A stretch of DNA of 64,000 bases. Origin: Patescibacteria group bacterium. GTDB lineage: Bacteria; Patescibacteriota; Microgenomatia; CAYGWK01. The notes under the pieces were generated by a model. It ran no database searches. It saw nothing but the letters and a program-made list of their open reading frames with translations, and had not been told where the DNA came from. Shown piece after piece: positions 1 through 9,436 of the stretch. The stretch's first letter is position 1; every line of letters begins with the position of its first letter. Made by a program: the position numbers and the translations under genes. The stretch lies in NCBI GenBank assembly GCA_049322615.1, contig JBMORX010000002.1:11171-75170 (forward strand). Direction: 5' to 3'.

Positions 1-2030
1 AGACCTACCAGTTCTTCTTCTTTATAAACTCCGCCAAATTCTCTCGATAAAACCTGGCTATCTTGCGCCCCAACCAAAAAGGAAATTAAAGTGCCAGTGT
101 TGCCAAAAATTGCCTTTTGAACCTCCTCGGGCACTTGGGCAATATATTGATTTGCCAAAGCCAAATTCAGGCGATATTTTCGCGCTTCGGATAAAATTTT
201 AATAAAAGAAGAAGTGGCAAAGTTTTGAAACTCATCAACATAAAGATAAAAATCTCGTCTTTCGCTTTCGGGAATCTTAACCCGACCCATAGAAGCCAAC
301 TGCATCTTAGTAATAAACATTGCTCCTAGTAAAGCAGCATTATCCTCCCCTAGTTTTCCTTGAGACAAATTAAGAATTAAAATTTTCCCCTGGTTCATAA
401 TTTCCTCTAAATCAACAGTTGACCGAGGATGACCGATAATTCCCCGAATCATCGGTGAGGAAACAAATTGACCAACTTTATTTAAAATTGGGGAAATGGC
501 TTCAGCCATCAGTCTTTCTGACATTTGTTCAAATTCTTGAGTCCAGAAATTTTGCAAAACCCGGTCGGGAATTTTTTCAACCACTCTCTGACGAAAATTT
601 CGATTGGTTAAAAGTTCGGGAACTTCAACTAAGGTTGAGTCGGGTTTGGAAACTAAAGTCATAATGGCATTTCGTAAAATATACTCAAGACGGGGACCCC
701 AGGAATAAGAATAAAGTTTATAGAAAATAGCGACAATTCCCGAAGCGACCAGTTCCCGATGCTCTGGGTCTTTGACTTCTAGGGGATTTAAATAAAATGG
801 GTGGGCTCGGTCAGAAGGGTCTAAATAGCAAACATCATTTAAACGAAAAGAGGGAATAAAATCCAATAAAATTTCCGATAAATCTCCATGAGGGTCAACC
901 ACGGCCAGACCTTCCCGATTGCGCATATCATTTATGGCCATATTGGCAATTAAGGTTGTTTTTCCCGTGCCAGTTTTGCCAATAATATAAATATGGCGCC
1001 TCCGGTCTTCTTTTTTAATCCCAAAAGTCACCAGTTTATTTTTATGCTCTGTTCTGGCAAAAAAATTAATTTTTTGCTTTTCTTCCTCGGTGGCGCCTAT
1101 CGCAATCGGTAAATTGTCCGGCGGCTCGCCTGTTAATTTTGTCCCCCAGGCAATATTTTTAATCCCCGAAAGTGAAAGTCCAGGTAAATGATAAATGGTC
1201 GCTAACTCTTGAGTATTTAAAATCTGATTTCTTGGCAAAAAATAGGGTTTGCGCTGAAAAATTGCCTTTATAAATTTTTTCTCCTGCCAAAAAGAAGGCT
1301 TTGCTAAAGAAAAGGCATTTCCCTCACCCAAGCTCATGCCGCCAAAAGAACCAGCCAGGTGGTGCAAAAGTGACTGACTTGAAGATTTGCTTTCCGAAAC
1401 CACCAAAAGCCGAATGGCGCTTCTGAATCCTGGCTGGGAAATTTTTTGTTCAATTAATTTTTCTTGGGGATGGGAGGAAACCCGACCATCTGGAAGGGCC
1501 ACCCCTTTGCGCAAAACCGAAGAACCCATCCTTTGCCAACCCTTGCCTGCGGGTAGTAAAACAATTTGCACTAGGGCTTTCTCCTCTTTCTCTGCCCGAG
1601 CTAAAGTTCCCAAAATTGAGGATAAGGGGTCAGTTTCCTTAAAATCCAAATAAGTTTTTAGGGGAAAATAAAATGGCGAGGCAAGTTTGAGTTGGCCAAA
1701 AGCAGGGGTAAGATTATCAGTTAACCAGGAAGTAAGGTAATCAGGCGAAGCCAAAATGGTTGCTTTAGGATATTGGGCCGAGAGTTGGCTTTCAAAATAA
1801 GTTTGAAATTCTTGCGGCAAAACGGCATAAAAATGAATTATTTGATTATAAGTGGCAATTTCAAAGACCAAAGGTTTTTCCCGCGCCAAAAGTCGGTCTA
1901 AAAATGAAGATTTTATGTTTGCTAAAGCAGAAAAACAGGCCGCCATTGCCTCCGGCGTTTCCTCCGATTCTCGCGGCAGTCTCAATTCCAAAATTACCTT
2001 TTCTGGCGGAGTCGTAATTTCTTGAGGCAT
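1..2030 (-). CDS. Type IV secretion coupling protein, VirD4/TraD/TrwB-like ATPase (partial; C-terminus runs off the left edge of the window)
   Basis: Manual reverse-strand translation gives a continuous ORF from the ATG at 2028-2030 (complement) down to position 1. It carries Walker A 'YIIGKTGTGKTT' and Walker B 'YLYVDEFQNF', as in TraD/VirD4 coupling ATPases. The six-frame track omits it because there is no stop codon inside the window. Confidence 0.6.
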   Translation of the reverse strand, partial: MPQEITTPPEKVILELRLPRESEETPEAMAACFSALANIKSSFLDRLLAREKPLVFEIATYNQIIHFYAVLPQEFQTYFESQLSAQYPKATILASPDYLTSWLTDNLTPAFGQLKLASPFYFPLKTYLDFKETDPLSSILGTLARAEKEEKALVQIVLLPAGKGWQRMGSSVLRKGVALPDGRVSSHPQEKLIEQKISQPGFRSAIRLLVVSESKSSSQSLLHHLAGSFGGMSLGEGNAFSLAKPSFWQEKKFIKAIFQRKPYFLPRNQILNTQELATIYHLPGLSLSGIKNIAWGTKLTGEPPDNLPIAIGATEEEKQKINFFARTEHKNKLVTFGIKKEDRRRHIYIIGKTGTGKTTLIANMAINDMRNREGLAVVDPHGDLSEILLDFIPSFRLNDVCYLDPSDRAHPFYLNPLEVKDPEHRELVASGIVAIFYKLYSYSWGPRLEYILRNAIMTLVSKPDSTLVEVPELLTNRNFRQRVVEKIPDRVLQNFWTQEFEQMSERLMAEAISPILNKVGQFVSSPMIRGIIGHPRSTVDLEEIMNQGKILILNLSQGKLGEDNAALLGAMFITKMQLASMGRVKIPESERRDFYLYVDEFQNFATSSFIKILSEARKYRLNLALANQYIAQVPEEVQKAIFGNTGTLISFLVGAQDSQVLSREFGGVYKEEELVG

Positions 2031-2448
2031 AACTGGCTCTAATTTTACCAGATTGGCAGTTTGAAGAAAAGATATGGACGGGGAACACTTGTCATTGCTG
2101 GGGAGTGGAGAAAACCCCAAAACAGTAAAAACAAGCGTCCCCGCCCGGTCCGCGACCAACTCAGCGTCTCTCTGGATGCCGATGCTGCGGTGGTCCAGTC
2201 TGGGTTACCATCTCAAACCTCCAAAAAAAGCTACCCAGACGAAACGACTGGTTAAGCCAGTGTGATCGACCTCCGCTTTTGGCGGACACACCGAACTTAA
2301 CCAGTAAACTAAAAGAAGGAGGTAAGCATGAGAGCTATGCCCTATCTAATGAGGCTTAACCTCCTGGAAAAACTAAGGTGCAAAAAGAAAGTTTCAGTCG
2401 CTTTTGACCGAACTTCTTTTTTGATTAACTTAAATGTATCACACTCTG

Positions 2449-3360
2449 TCAAGTCTGGCAAATTTTTTTCAGTCTTTTTCGGTATTCTTTCAAAACCCAA
2501 ATCCTGGCATCTTGGGGATGAAAACGGATAATCCCATCGGATATTTTTTCTGTTGTCCGACGGTCCCTCATGTACCATAGCTGAAACTTTTTAGAAAGCC
2601 TTTCAAAAAATGTAAAATTACAAAGAAAAATTAAAAAAGAAAATAATTTTGATATTCGATATATATTTTTGATATTTAATTTTTGATTTTTGATATCTAT
2701 TCCATTTGGCAAATATTTTTCAACCCACGCATTTTCTCTCAAAAACCTTTCGTAGAGATTATCCCGACTCCAGATTGGTTTGAGTTGTAAAACTTCATGA
2801 GCGGAAAATAAATCTCTTTCTTTTTCTGGTACGGCTAAATGGTCTTCATCTAAAAACATATTTAAACAAATTTTATCTTTAACTTCTAAGTCTTGCGGAT
2901 GACGACGTTTTGAGAAAAGTTCAACCAGAAAAACTGTTAAAAACCGAGTAAGCCAAAGCCTGTTTCTTGAAGTTATAATTAACAAATCAATATCATCATT
3001 TTCCTGCGAATTTTTCATTGCCAAGGCACCAGTTATTCCAGTCATCTTAATCCAGGGAATTTCCCGCAAAATTCCCGCAACTTTTTCCGCAAGTTTTAAT
3101 TTTTGTTGAGACCAGGCTTCTCTCTTCTTCCGTAGTTTAACTATATTTTCTCTGTCTGGAAGGTGATAAAAACCTTGGGTTACACGAATTTGACACGAAT
3201 TTAAAACAAATTCAAACCAATGATTAAATTCTCTCTCTCTTCGCCCTTCTCTCTTCGCCCTTCTCTCTTCCCATATCAACCACTTCCAAATCTCTTCTTT
3301 TGTTAACGGGTAGTTAAAGATGTCTCCGTAGGCCAAGGTAGAAAGTATCGCTTTTTTCAT
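2449..3360 (-). CDS. Hypothetical protein, possibly a pol-beta-superfamily nucleotidyltransferase; the C-terminal ~80 aa are low-complexity read-through
   Basis: 303-aa ORF. 'GITGALAMKNSQENDDIDLLII' resembles the G[ST]x9-13Dh[DE]h nucleotidyltransferase signature. The C-terminal portion is encoded by the AT-rich tandem repeat at 2641-2700, and the tandem 'tcgcccttctctc' repeat at 3235-3270 encodes 'REGRRERE'. Confidence 0.35.
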   Translation of the reverse strand: MKKAILSTLAYGDIFNYPLTKEEIWKWLIWEERRAKREGRREREFNHWFEFVLNSCQIRVTQGFYHLPDRENIVKLRKKREAWSQQKLKLAEKVAGILREIPWIKMTGITGALAMKNSQENDDIDLLIITSRNRLWLTRFLTVFLVELFSKRRHPQDLEVKDKICLNMFLDEDHLAVPEKERDLFSAHEVLQLKPIWSRDNLYERFLRENAWVEKYLPNGIDIKNQKLNIKNIYRISKLFSFLIFLCNFTFFERLSKKFQLWYMRDRRTTEKISDGIIRFHPQDARIWVLKEYRKRLKKICQT

Positions 3361-4820
3361 CTAACCACAGAGGCAGAAATTCCGTATTGGGAAAGAATTT
3401 GCGCTACTCCCGAAGCAGTTGTTTCCAAAGCCTCTTTAGCAGTTTTACCAAAATTGACGCTATTGACCGCATCTTCAAAATATTTAATCATTTTGTCATT
3501 TATGCCATTGTCAAAAGTTCGCGAGCAAAGATACCAAGATCGAGCCGCCAGTGCTTGTTTAACAAAAGCTCCAGCATAAGTATCGCCCTTGATGAGATCT
3601 GCCATATCCATCCTTGAATAAGGCTCGCCAAAGAGCCTAATTTGGCTCTCTGCCTGATATAACTTTTGCATAGTTTCTTTCTGGGAAAGATATTTCAAAA
3701 ACTCAAAAGATTCTTCTTGATATTGAGATTTTTTGGAGACTCCCTCGACCCAATATGTTGCCCAAGTAATATTTGTCCCTTCAAGTTGGGGAACAGGCAA
3801 AACAGAAAATTTAAGATTAGGATTGGCTTTTTTAATTTCAAAAACTTCCCAAGAAGGACCAAAATACATTGCCAGCTTTCCCCCAGCAAAAGCCTGGGTT
3901 GAATTTGGTAGACTCTCATCCCAAACCCGGTCAACCTTGGAAAAAAGAGTAAAATAAGTCAAGGCGTCTTCGGCCAAGGACCCTTGGGGCTTTGAGGGAT
4001 CAGCTCCATTTTGAAGCATCATCAACCCAAGAATATCTGACCAGTGGTCAACATTTTCTGTTCTCCCCAAAGCCACCCCAGAAATTTGAATTTTACCATT
4101 TGCGTCTTTTGTTGTTAGTTCAGTTGCGGTTTTCCGAAGCTCATCCCAGGTTGAAGGATAGTTTTTGCCAGCAGTTTTAAAAATTTCCTCGTTTACAAAA
4201 AGTCCAAGTCCATCAATCTCCAAAGGAATGCCAATATAGGAAGTTCCCATTCTTAAATCTTGTCTGGCTACTGGATAATAATTTGCCTCAAAGGCAGCTG
4301 CGTCCATAATTTTGGCAGGGATTGGGGCTAAATCATTTTTAAGCATTGGCACCCAGGTATTATGGAAGCGAAAAATGTCTGGTCCTTTACCGGAAGCCAA
4401 AGCCGAAGCCAACCTCTCCCGATAATCCCTTGGTGATTGAAAAACATAATTTATTTTTATATTTGGGTGAGCCTTTTGATAGTCAGAAATAAGTCTGAAC
4501 ATGGCGTTTTCCGGCTCCCAAAGCCCCCAATAGGTTAAGGTAATCTCCTGGGGTTTCGTCACTTTTGGCAGGAAAAACTTAAAAATCCCAAATGCCCCAA
4601 TTAGTAAGACTAAAAGGACAAAAATTACGGGTAGGAATTTTTTAATTTTAGAAAATCCTTTTTCCTCCTCTCCCATAATAAATGCTTTAGCCTGAACAGC
4701 AGTTGCCGCCGCCGCTTGTTCCGCCGAAGCTCCTGGCGTCTCGGGAGTGAAGGTCGACTCAGGAGGGACAGTTTCAGGTGACTGGGGTGCTTCTGGTGGG
4801 ACATTTTCTTCTTCGTTCAT
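3357..4820 (-). CDS. ABC transporter substrate-binding protein (family 1 extracellular solute-binding, sugar type) with an N-terminal membrane anchor
   Basis: The 500-aa ORF shows the typical SBP_bac_1 layout: a Pro/Ala-rich low-complexity N-terminus, a TM helix, then 'YWGLWEPE...GPDIFRFHNTWVPML'. The start is probably the internal ATG at 4818-4820 (complement) rather than the TTG at 4859. Confidence 0.65.
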   Translation of the reverse strand: MNEEENVPPEAPQSPETVPPESTFTPETPGASAEQAAAATAVQAKAFIMGEEEKGFSKIKKFLPVIFVLLVLLIGAFGIFKFFLPKVTKPQEITLTYWGLWEPENAMFRLISDYQKAHPNIKINYVFQSPRDYRERLASALASGKGPDIFRFHNTWVPMLKNDLAPIPAKIMDAAAFEANYYPVARQDLRMGTSYIGIPLEIDGLGLFVNEEIFKTAGKNYPSTWDELRKTATELTTKDANGKIQISGVALGRTENVDHWSDILGLMMLQNGADPSKPQGSLAEDALTYFTLFSKVDRVWDESLPNSTQAFAGGKLAMYFGPSWEVFEIKKANPNLKFSVLPVPQLEGTNITWATYWVEGVSKKSQYQEESFEFLKYLSQKETMQKLYQAESQIRLFGEPYSRMDMADLIKGDTYAGAFVKQALAARSWYLCSRTFDNGINDKMIKYFEDAVNSVNFGKTAKEALETTASGVAQILSQYGISASVVR

Positions 4821-4842
4821 TCTTATGCTATCATACAGGAAA

Positions 4843-6600
4843 ATGTTACCAAAAATCAAAAATTTAAGATTAATATCGGTTTCTCTTGCAGGGCTGATTT
4901 TTGTGGTTGTTCTTTCCTATCATCTTGCCTATTTAAATCGAATCTACCCAGGCATCAAAATCGCTGGAATAGACATAGGCAACAAGACCAAAGATGAGGC
5001 TTTCGGAATCCTCTCTTGGGAAGTTCGCCAAAGGCAGGTCAAAGAAATAGTCATAAGTGGTCCAAGCAAAACTTGGAATATTTCTCCTGAAAGCTTGGAA
5101 TTATCTTATGATGTTGAAAAAAGTGTCACTTTAGCCTATCAAATTGGGAGGAACAAAAATCCCCTGAAAGCATCTGGAGAAAAATGGCAGGCTTGGACAA
5201 GGGGAATGAATCTTCCTTTGGAGCTTGGGTATAATCAGTCTCTTTTAGGGGCGAAACTAGAGGAAATTTCTTCTTCAATTTTTATCCCGGCAATTAATCC
5301 TCAAATTAAAATTTTTGAAAAAAGGCTTGGGGGTAAAGGGACGAGAATTGTCATCGACCCTGGAAGAAACGGTCAAGAAGTAGATAAGCGCTTGCTTTCA
5401 GAAAGTCTAATCAGAAATCTTTCTTACCTTTTACCCCAACCAATTACTTTACCCATAATTTATACTCAACCCGCCCTTTCTCTTGAAGAACTTGGAAAAA
5501 GCAAAATCCGGGCAGAAAAATTTCTGGATAAAAGCATTAAACTCACCCTTGAGGATAGATCTTTAACCCTAGACGAAAAAGAGCTAATTGAACTTGTCTC
5601 GCCGCTTAATGGATTCAACCAGGAAAAAATTGCCTCTCTGGCGGCTTCTCTTTCTTTAAGTTTTAATCGCCCGCCCCAAAATGCTTCTTTTCGATTTTCT
5701 GAAGGAAAAGTGACTGTCTTTAAGCCAGCCAGGGACGGAATCAAGGTTTTGGAGGAAAGGTTTAAAACCGAATTAAATCTCCTCCTTGGGAAAATTGAAA
5801 AGGAGGAAGCAAAAGAACAAACATTAGCCGTCTCCTTTGAAAGAATTCCCAGCCAAGTAAAGACCGAGGATATCAACAATCTTGGCATTTCCAAACTTTT
5901 GGGTGAAGGAAAATCTTTTTTTCGGGGTTCTGCCGCCTCTCGGGTTCATAATATTATCCTGGCTTCCTCAAAATTAAATGGTCTCCTAATTGCTCCGGGC
6001 GAAAGCTTTTCTTTCAATCTTGCCCTGGGAGAAGTCTCTCAGACTACAGGATATAAAGAAGCTTACATCATTAAGGAAGGAAGAACGATTCTCGGTGACG
6101 GTGGCGGAGTTTGTCAGGTTTCCACTACTTTATTTAGAGCAGCCCTAGCTGCGGGACTCCCAATTGAGGAGCGTCATCCCCATGCCTATAGGGTATCTTA
6201 TTATGAGCAAAACTCTCCGGTTGGGATGGATGCGACTGTTTTTGCTCCAAGTGTTGATCTAAAATTTAAAAATGACACCCCAGCCTACATCCTTATTCAG
6301 TCTTCTTTAGATAGGCAAACGGGAACTTTGGTTTTTGACCTTTATGGCGCCTCCGACGGAAGAGTGACCACCATTTCCCAATCCCGCATTTGGGATCAGA
6401 CTCCTCCTCCCCCAGCCCTATACCAAGATGACCCTACCTTACCGTTGGGGACAGAAAAACAAGTTGAAAAAGCAATTTGGGGAGCCAAAGTAGCTTTTGA
6501 CTGGAAGGTCGAAAGAGGTGGCGAGGTTTTACAGGAACAAACCTTTTATTCAAACTATCAACCCTGGCAAGCAGTTTATTTACGAGGAATCAAACAATAA
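4843..6600 (+). CDS. VanW-domain protein (membrane-anchored)
   Basis: 'GGGVCQVSTTLFRAALAAGLPIEERHPHAYRVSYY' is the VanW-like core, preceded by an N-terminal signal-anchor 'LISVSLAGLIFVVVLSY'. The start at 4843 (MLPKIKN) is preferred over the track start at 4747, which would overlap the divergent SBP gene by more than 100 nt. Confidence 0.65.
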   Translation: MLPKIKNLRLISVSLAGLIFVVVLSYHLAYLNRIYPGIKIAGIDIGNKTKDEAFGILSWEVRQRQVKEIVISGPSKTWNISPESLELSYDVEKSVTLAYQIGRNKNPLKASGEKWQAWTRGMNLPLELGYNQSLLGAKLEEISSSIFIPAINPQIKIFEKRLGGKGTRIVIDPGRNGQEVDKRLLSESLIRNLSYLLPQPITLPIIYTQPALSLEELGKSKIRAEKFLDKSIKLTLEDRSLTLDEKELIELVSPLNGFNQEKIASLAASLSLSFNRPPQNASFRFSEGKVTVFKPARDGIKVLEERFKTELNLLLGKIEKEEAKEQTLAVSFERIPSQVKTEDINNLGISKLLGEGKSFFRGSAASRVHNIILASSKLNGLLIAPGESFSFNLALGEVSQTTGYKEAYIIKEGRTILGDGGGVCQVSTTLFRAALAAGLPIEERHPHAYRVSYYEQNSPVGMDATVFAPSVDLKFKNDTPAYILIQSSLDRQTGTLVFDLYGASDGRVTTISQSRIWDQTPPPPALYQDDPTLPLGTEKQVEKAIWGAKVAFDWKVERGGEVLQEQTFYSNYQPWQAVYLRGIKQ

Positions 6601-6726
6601 AATTAACCTAATTTCTAATTGATCTAATTAACCTAAAATTTAAAAATTGGTCATTGGGGTTTGGTTAGAAATAAGCAGAGCTTGTTGCTTCGCAATTAGA
6701 TATTAGAAATTAGAAATTTTCAAATC

Positions 6727-8247
6727 ATGGAGGGAAAAATTTCTTTAATAATTAATAGCTTTTTCTTTCTCGCCTTATTTTTGGCTTTTCTTCTTCCGCC
6801 AACTGATCCTGATTTAGGCTGGCATTTACGTTGCGGTCAAGAGTTCTGGCAAAACCACACTTTTTGCAGTCAAAATCAATTTACCGTCCTTTTGGAGAAC
6901 TATTATTGGCCCAATCATCACTGGCTTTATCAGGTAATTTTATTTCCCATTTATAATTTCCTCGGGCTTTGGGGATTAACAATCTTAAATAGTCTTTTTC
7001 TGGCAAGCGCCTTTTTCTTGTTTTTTAAATCATTACCCAAAGACCTAAGAGAAGAAAAAACCTTTCTTCCAATTTTGGCTATCGGCTTAACCATCTTTCT
7101 CGCTTGGGGTGTTTTTTCTTTTGGTATCCGCAGCCAACTTTTGGGCTTTTTCTTTTTTAATTTAATTCTCTTTCTTTGGAGCAAGTCTAGACAAAATTTG
7201 GCACGTGCGGTAATTTGTCCGCTAACTTTCTTGCTTTGGGCTAATATCCATGGTGGTTCTGTCATTCTCGGTCTTGTTCTCTTATTATTCATTTTGATTA
7301 AAGAGTCTTTCTTCGCCCCTAAAAAATTACTTTTCTTTGTTTTTATTTTTCTTCTTTCTGTTTCAGCCACCCTCCTTAACCCCTTTGGCGTTGCCATCTA
7401 CCGAGAAGCCTGGCGCCATTTTGCCGGAGTCAACTTAAGTAAATTAATCGCCGAGTGGGTCCCGCCAACTCCATTTTTCTGGTGGCTAATTTTATTAAGC
7501 GCGATTAGCCTTTTCTTTTTAATTCTGCTTTCTGGGGGAGTAAGAGATTTTATCTTCGCTTTCGCAATTTTTCCCTTTGCTTTTTTGGCTCTTACGGCCC
7601 GACGCCATCTGCCTTTTTATTTTTTGCTTTGGTTTTATCTTTTCTTCACTACTCCAATCTCCAAAAACCTCCTGGTATCTTGGCTAAAAAGAGACTCAAT
7701 CAAAAATGATTTAACTTTTTTAACGGTTGTCCTGTTTTTGGCTCTAGGTTTTTTCTTTCGTTTGCCATTGACAATTCACACCAATCTCTCTTGGCAAAAT
7801 TACTGTCAGGATTCTTCCCTAACTTATCCCTGCAAAGCGGTGGAGTTTCTAAAGACTCAAGGAGAAAAAGGCAACCTTTTTAACCGCTACGAATGGGGAG
7901 GATTTTTAATCTGGCAATTGCCTCAATTTAAGATTTTTGTTGATGGTCGGATGCCGGCTTGGAAAACACCCTCGGGTAAAAGCCCTTACACTATTTACTT
8001 AGAAACATTACAAACTCAACCTGGCTGGGGCGTAAAGTCCGCTAATCAGCCGACCACGCCCCTACCCCGTGAGTCGCCAGAGGCGACTTTTACGGGGTGG
8101 CAGGAAACCTTAAAAGACTATAATATAAAGTGGATTTTGATTAGTCCGGGGACCTTTATGGACCTGCTTTTGCGACCTGAGCCGGGAAAATTCGGTTGGC
8201 AGGAAATCTATCGTGATAAAATTTCGGTAATTTACAAAAAGATATGA
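6727..8247 (+). CDS. Polytopic integral membrane protein, glycosyltransferase-like (ArnT/PMT/O-antigen-polymerase-like fold suspected)
   Basis: 506 aa with more than 10 predicted TM helices and an early 'DPDLGWHLRCGQ' motif. There is no soluble catalytic domain. The family assignment is tentative. Confidence 0.4.
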   Translation: MEGKISLIINSFFFLALFLAFLLPPTDPDLGWHLRCGQEFWQNHTFCSQNQFTVLLENYYWPNHHWLYQVILFPIYNFLGLWGLTILNSLFLASAFFLFFKSLPKDLREEKTFLPILAIGLTIFLAWGVFSFGIRSQLLGFFFFNLILFLWSKSRQNLARAVICPLTFLLWANIHGGSVILGLVLLLFILIKESFFAPKKLLFFVFIFLLSVSATLLNPFGVAIYREAWRHFAGVNLSKLIAEWVPPTPFFWWLILLSAISLFFLILLSGGVRDFIFAFAIFPFAFLALTARRHLPFYFLLWFYLFFTTPISKNLLVSWLKRDSIKNDLTFLTVVLFLALGFFFRLPLTIHTNLSWQNYCQDSSLTYPCKAVEFLKTQGEKGNLFNRYEWGGFLIWQLPQFKIFVDGRMPAWKTPSGKSPYTIYLETLQTQPGWGVKSANQPTTPLPRESPEATFTGWQETLKDYNIKWILISPGTFMDLLLRPEPGKFGWQEIYRDKISVIYKKI

Positions 8248-8249
8248 CC

Positions 8250-8318
8250 CCACATAACGCTTACTTCGCCTCGTGGTCTACGTCCACGCAGTCGAAGGGC
8301 GCGTATGCGGGGCAAGCT
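8250..8318. terminator. Long imperfect GC-rich hairpin in the intergenic region after the membrane-protein gene; possible terminator or small structured element
   Basis: 'ccccacataacgc...gcgtatgcgggg' outer arms and 'cttcgcctcgtgg...ccacgcagtcgaagg' inner arms form a ~65-nt imperfect palindrome. It is GC-rich in an otherwise AT-rich genome. Confidence 0.3.
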
Positions 8319-8323
8319 AGTTT

Positions 8324-9433
8324 ATGGTAATACTAGGAATTGAAACTTCCTGTGACGAGACGGCAGCCGCCGTGGTGGAAGACGGGACAAAAATTTTGGC
8401 AAACGTCGTTGCCTCCTCGGTTGAGCTGCACAAAAAAACCGGGGGAATTATTCCCGAAGTCGCCGCTCGGGAGCAGATAAGATGCATTATTCCGGTAATT
8501 GAAAACGCCTTAAAAGATACTAAGATACTAGGATACTACGATACTAGGCGATTAAAAAAAGAAAAATCACTTAATATCTTAGTCTCTCGGTATCCTAATA
8601 TCATCGATGCCATCGCCGTCACCGTTGGTCCTGGCTTAATCGGCTCGCTTTTAGTTGGCGTCGAGACGGCCAAAACCCTCGCCTGGATTTGGAATAAACC
8701 AATTATTCCTGTAAATCACCTAATCGCCCATATTTATGCCAACTGGCTTTCCTCACCCGCACAACTCACCCCTGACTCACCACCCACTTCTCACCCTCAT
8801 CCTCAATTCCCTCTTATAGCTCTAGTTGTTTCCGGCGGACACACAGATTTGGTTTTGATGAAAAATCATGGAAAAATAAAATGGCTCGGGGGGACCAGGG
8901 ATGATGCCGCCGGTGAATGCTTTGATAAGTGTGCTCGAGTTTTAGGATTAGGATACCCTGGCGGACCAGCCATCGCCGCCACGGCGGCCAAATTACAAAT
9001 TACAAATTACAAATTACAAATTAAATTACCTCGTCCCATGATTGAAGAGAAAAATTTTGATTTTAGTTTTTCAGGACTTAAGACCGCAGTTATTCGGGAA
9101 GTATCACGAGTATCAAAAGTATCACAAGTATCAAAGGAATTGTCTTTTGAAATTCAAGAAGCAATCACCGATGTTTTAGTGGAAAAAACCATTCGGGCAG
9201 CAGGAAAATTTAAAGTCAAATCTATTCTTCTTGCCGGCGGGGTTGCCGCCAATTCCCGCTTGCGAGAGAAATTTCAATCCCATCCCCTAATTACTAATTA
9301 CCAATTACTAATTCCACAACCGCAGTTGTGTACCGACAACGCCGCCTACGTTTCCTCTTTTGCTCATTTCAACTTCAAACCAATTCCTTGGAGACGAGTA
9401 ACGGTCAAACCCGGACTAGAAATCACCCAATGA
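8324..9433 (+). CDS. tsaD: tRNA N6-adenosine threonylcarbamoyltransferase TsaD (Kae1/Gcp family)
   Basis: The N-terminus 'ILGIETSCDETAAAVV' is present, and the conserved 'VSGGHTDL' and 'FSFSGLKTAV' motifs follow. It contains three in-frame short-tandem-repeat segments at 8519-8550, 8993-9027 and 9107-9142. Confidence 0.85.
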   Translation: MVILGIETSCDETAAAVVEDGTKILANVVASSVELHKKTGGIIPEVAAREQIRCIIPVIENALKDTKILGYYDTRRLKKEKSLNILVSRYPNIIDAIAVTVGPGLIGSLLVGVETAKTLAWIWNKPIIPVNHLIAHIYANWLSSPAQLTPDSPPTSHPHPQFPLIALVVSGGHTDLVLMKNHGKIKWLGGTRDDAAGECFDKCARVLGLGYPGGPAIAATAAKLQITNYKLQIKLPRPMIEEKNFDFSFSGLKTAVIREVSRVSKVSQVSKELSFEIQEAITDVLVEKTIRAAGKFKVKSILLAGGVAANSRLREKFQSHPLITNYQLLIPQPQLCTDNAAYVSSFAHFNFKPIPWRRVTVKPGLEITQ

Positions 9434-9436
9434 ACC

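Noticed and set aside
2090-2420. RNase P RNA, SRP RNA or 6S RNA in the GC-rich spacer
   Set aside because: The hallmark motifs were not found on either strand by eye. These are GGAAAGTCCGGGCT, AGGGTGAAA.GGTGCGGTAAGAGCGCACC and ACAGAACCCGGCTTA for RNase P, and GGAAGGAAGCAGCC for SRP. The region is left as an unclassified candidate.
2061-2578. Short overlapping ORFs (2061..2255, 2074..2265, 2328..2531, 2342..2578) in the spacer upstream of the VirD4-like gene
   Set aside because: They overlap each other in different frames and lie in a GC-rich hairpin-dense region. No coherent protein features. Treated as non-coding and reported as a candidate structured RNA.
4747-4842. Upstream start (4747) for the VanW gene and TTG start (4859) for the SBP gene
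   Set aside because: These would make two divergent genes overlap by more than 100 nt. Internal ATGs at 4843 and 4820 give sensible N-termini with a TM anchor and a low-complexity leader, respectively.
5466-7397. Antisense ORFs 5466..5894 (-) and 6951..7397 (-) inside the VanW and membrane-protein genes
   Set aside because: They are fully embedded antisense to longer ORFs that carry recognisable domains. The 6951..7397 ORF is a Lys/Arg-rich mirror of a hydrophobic membrane protein.
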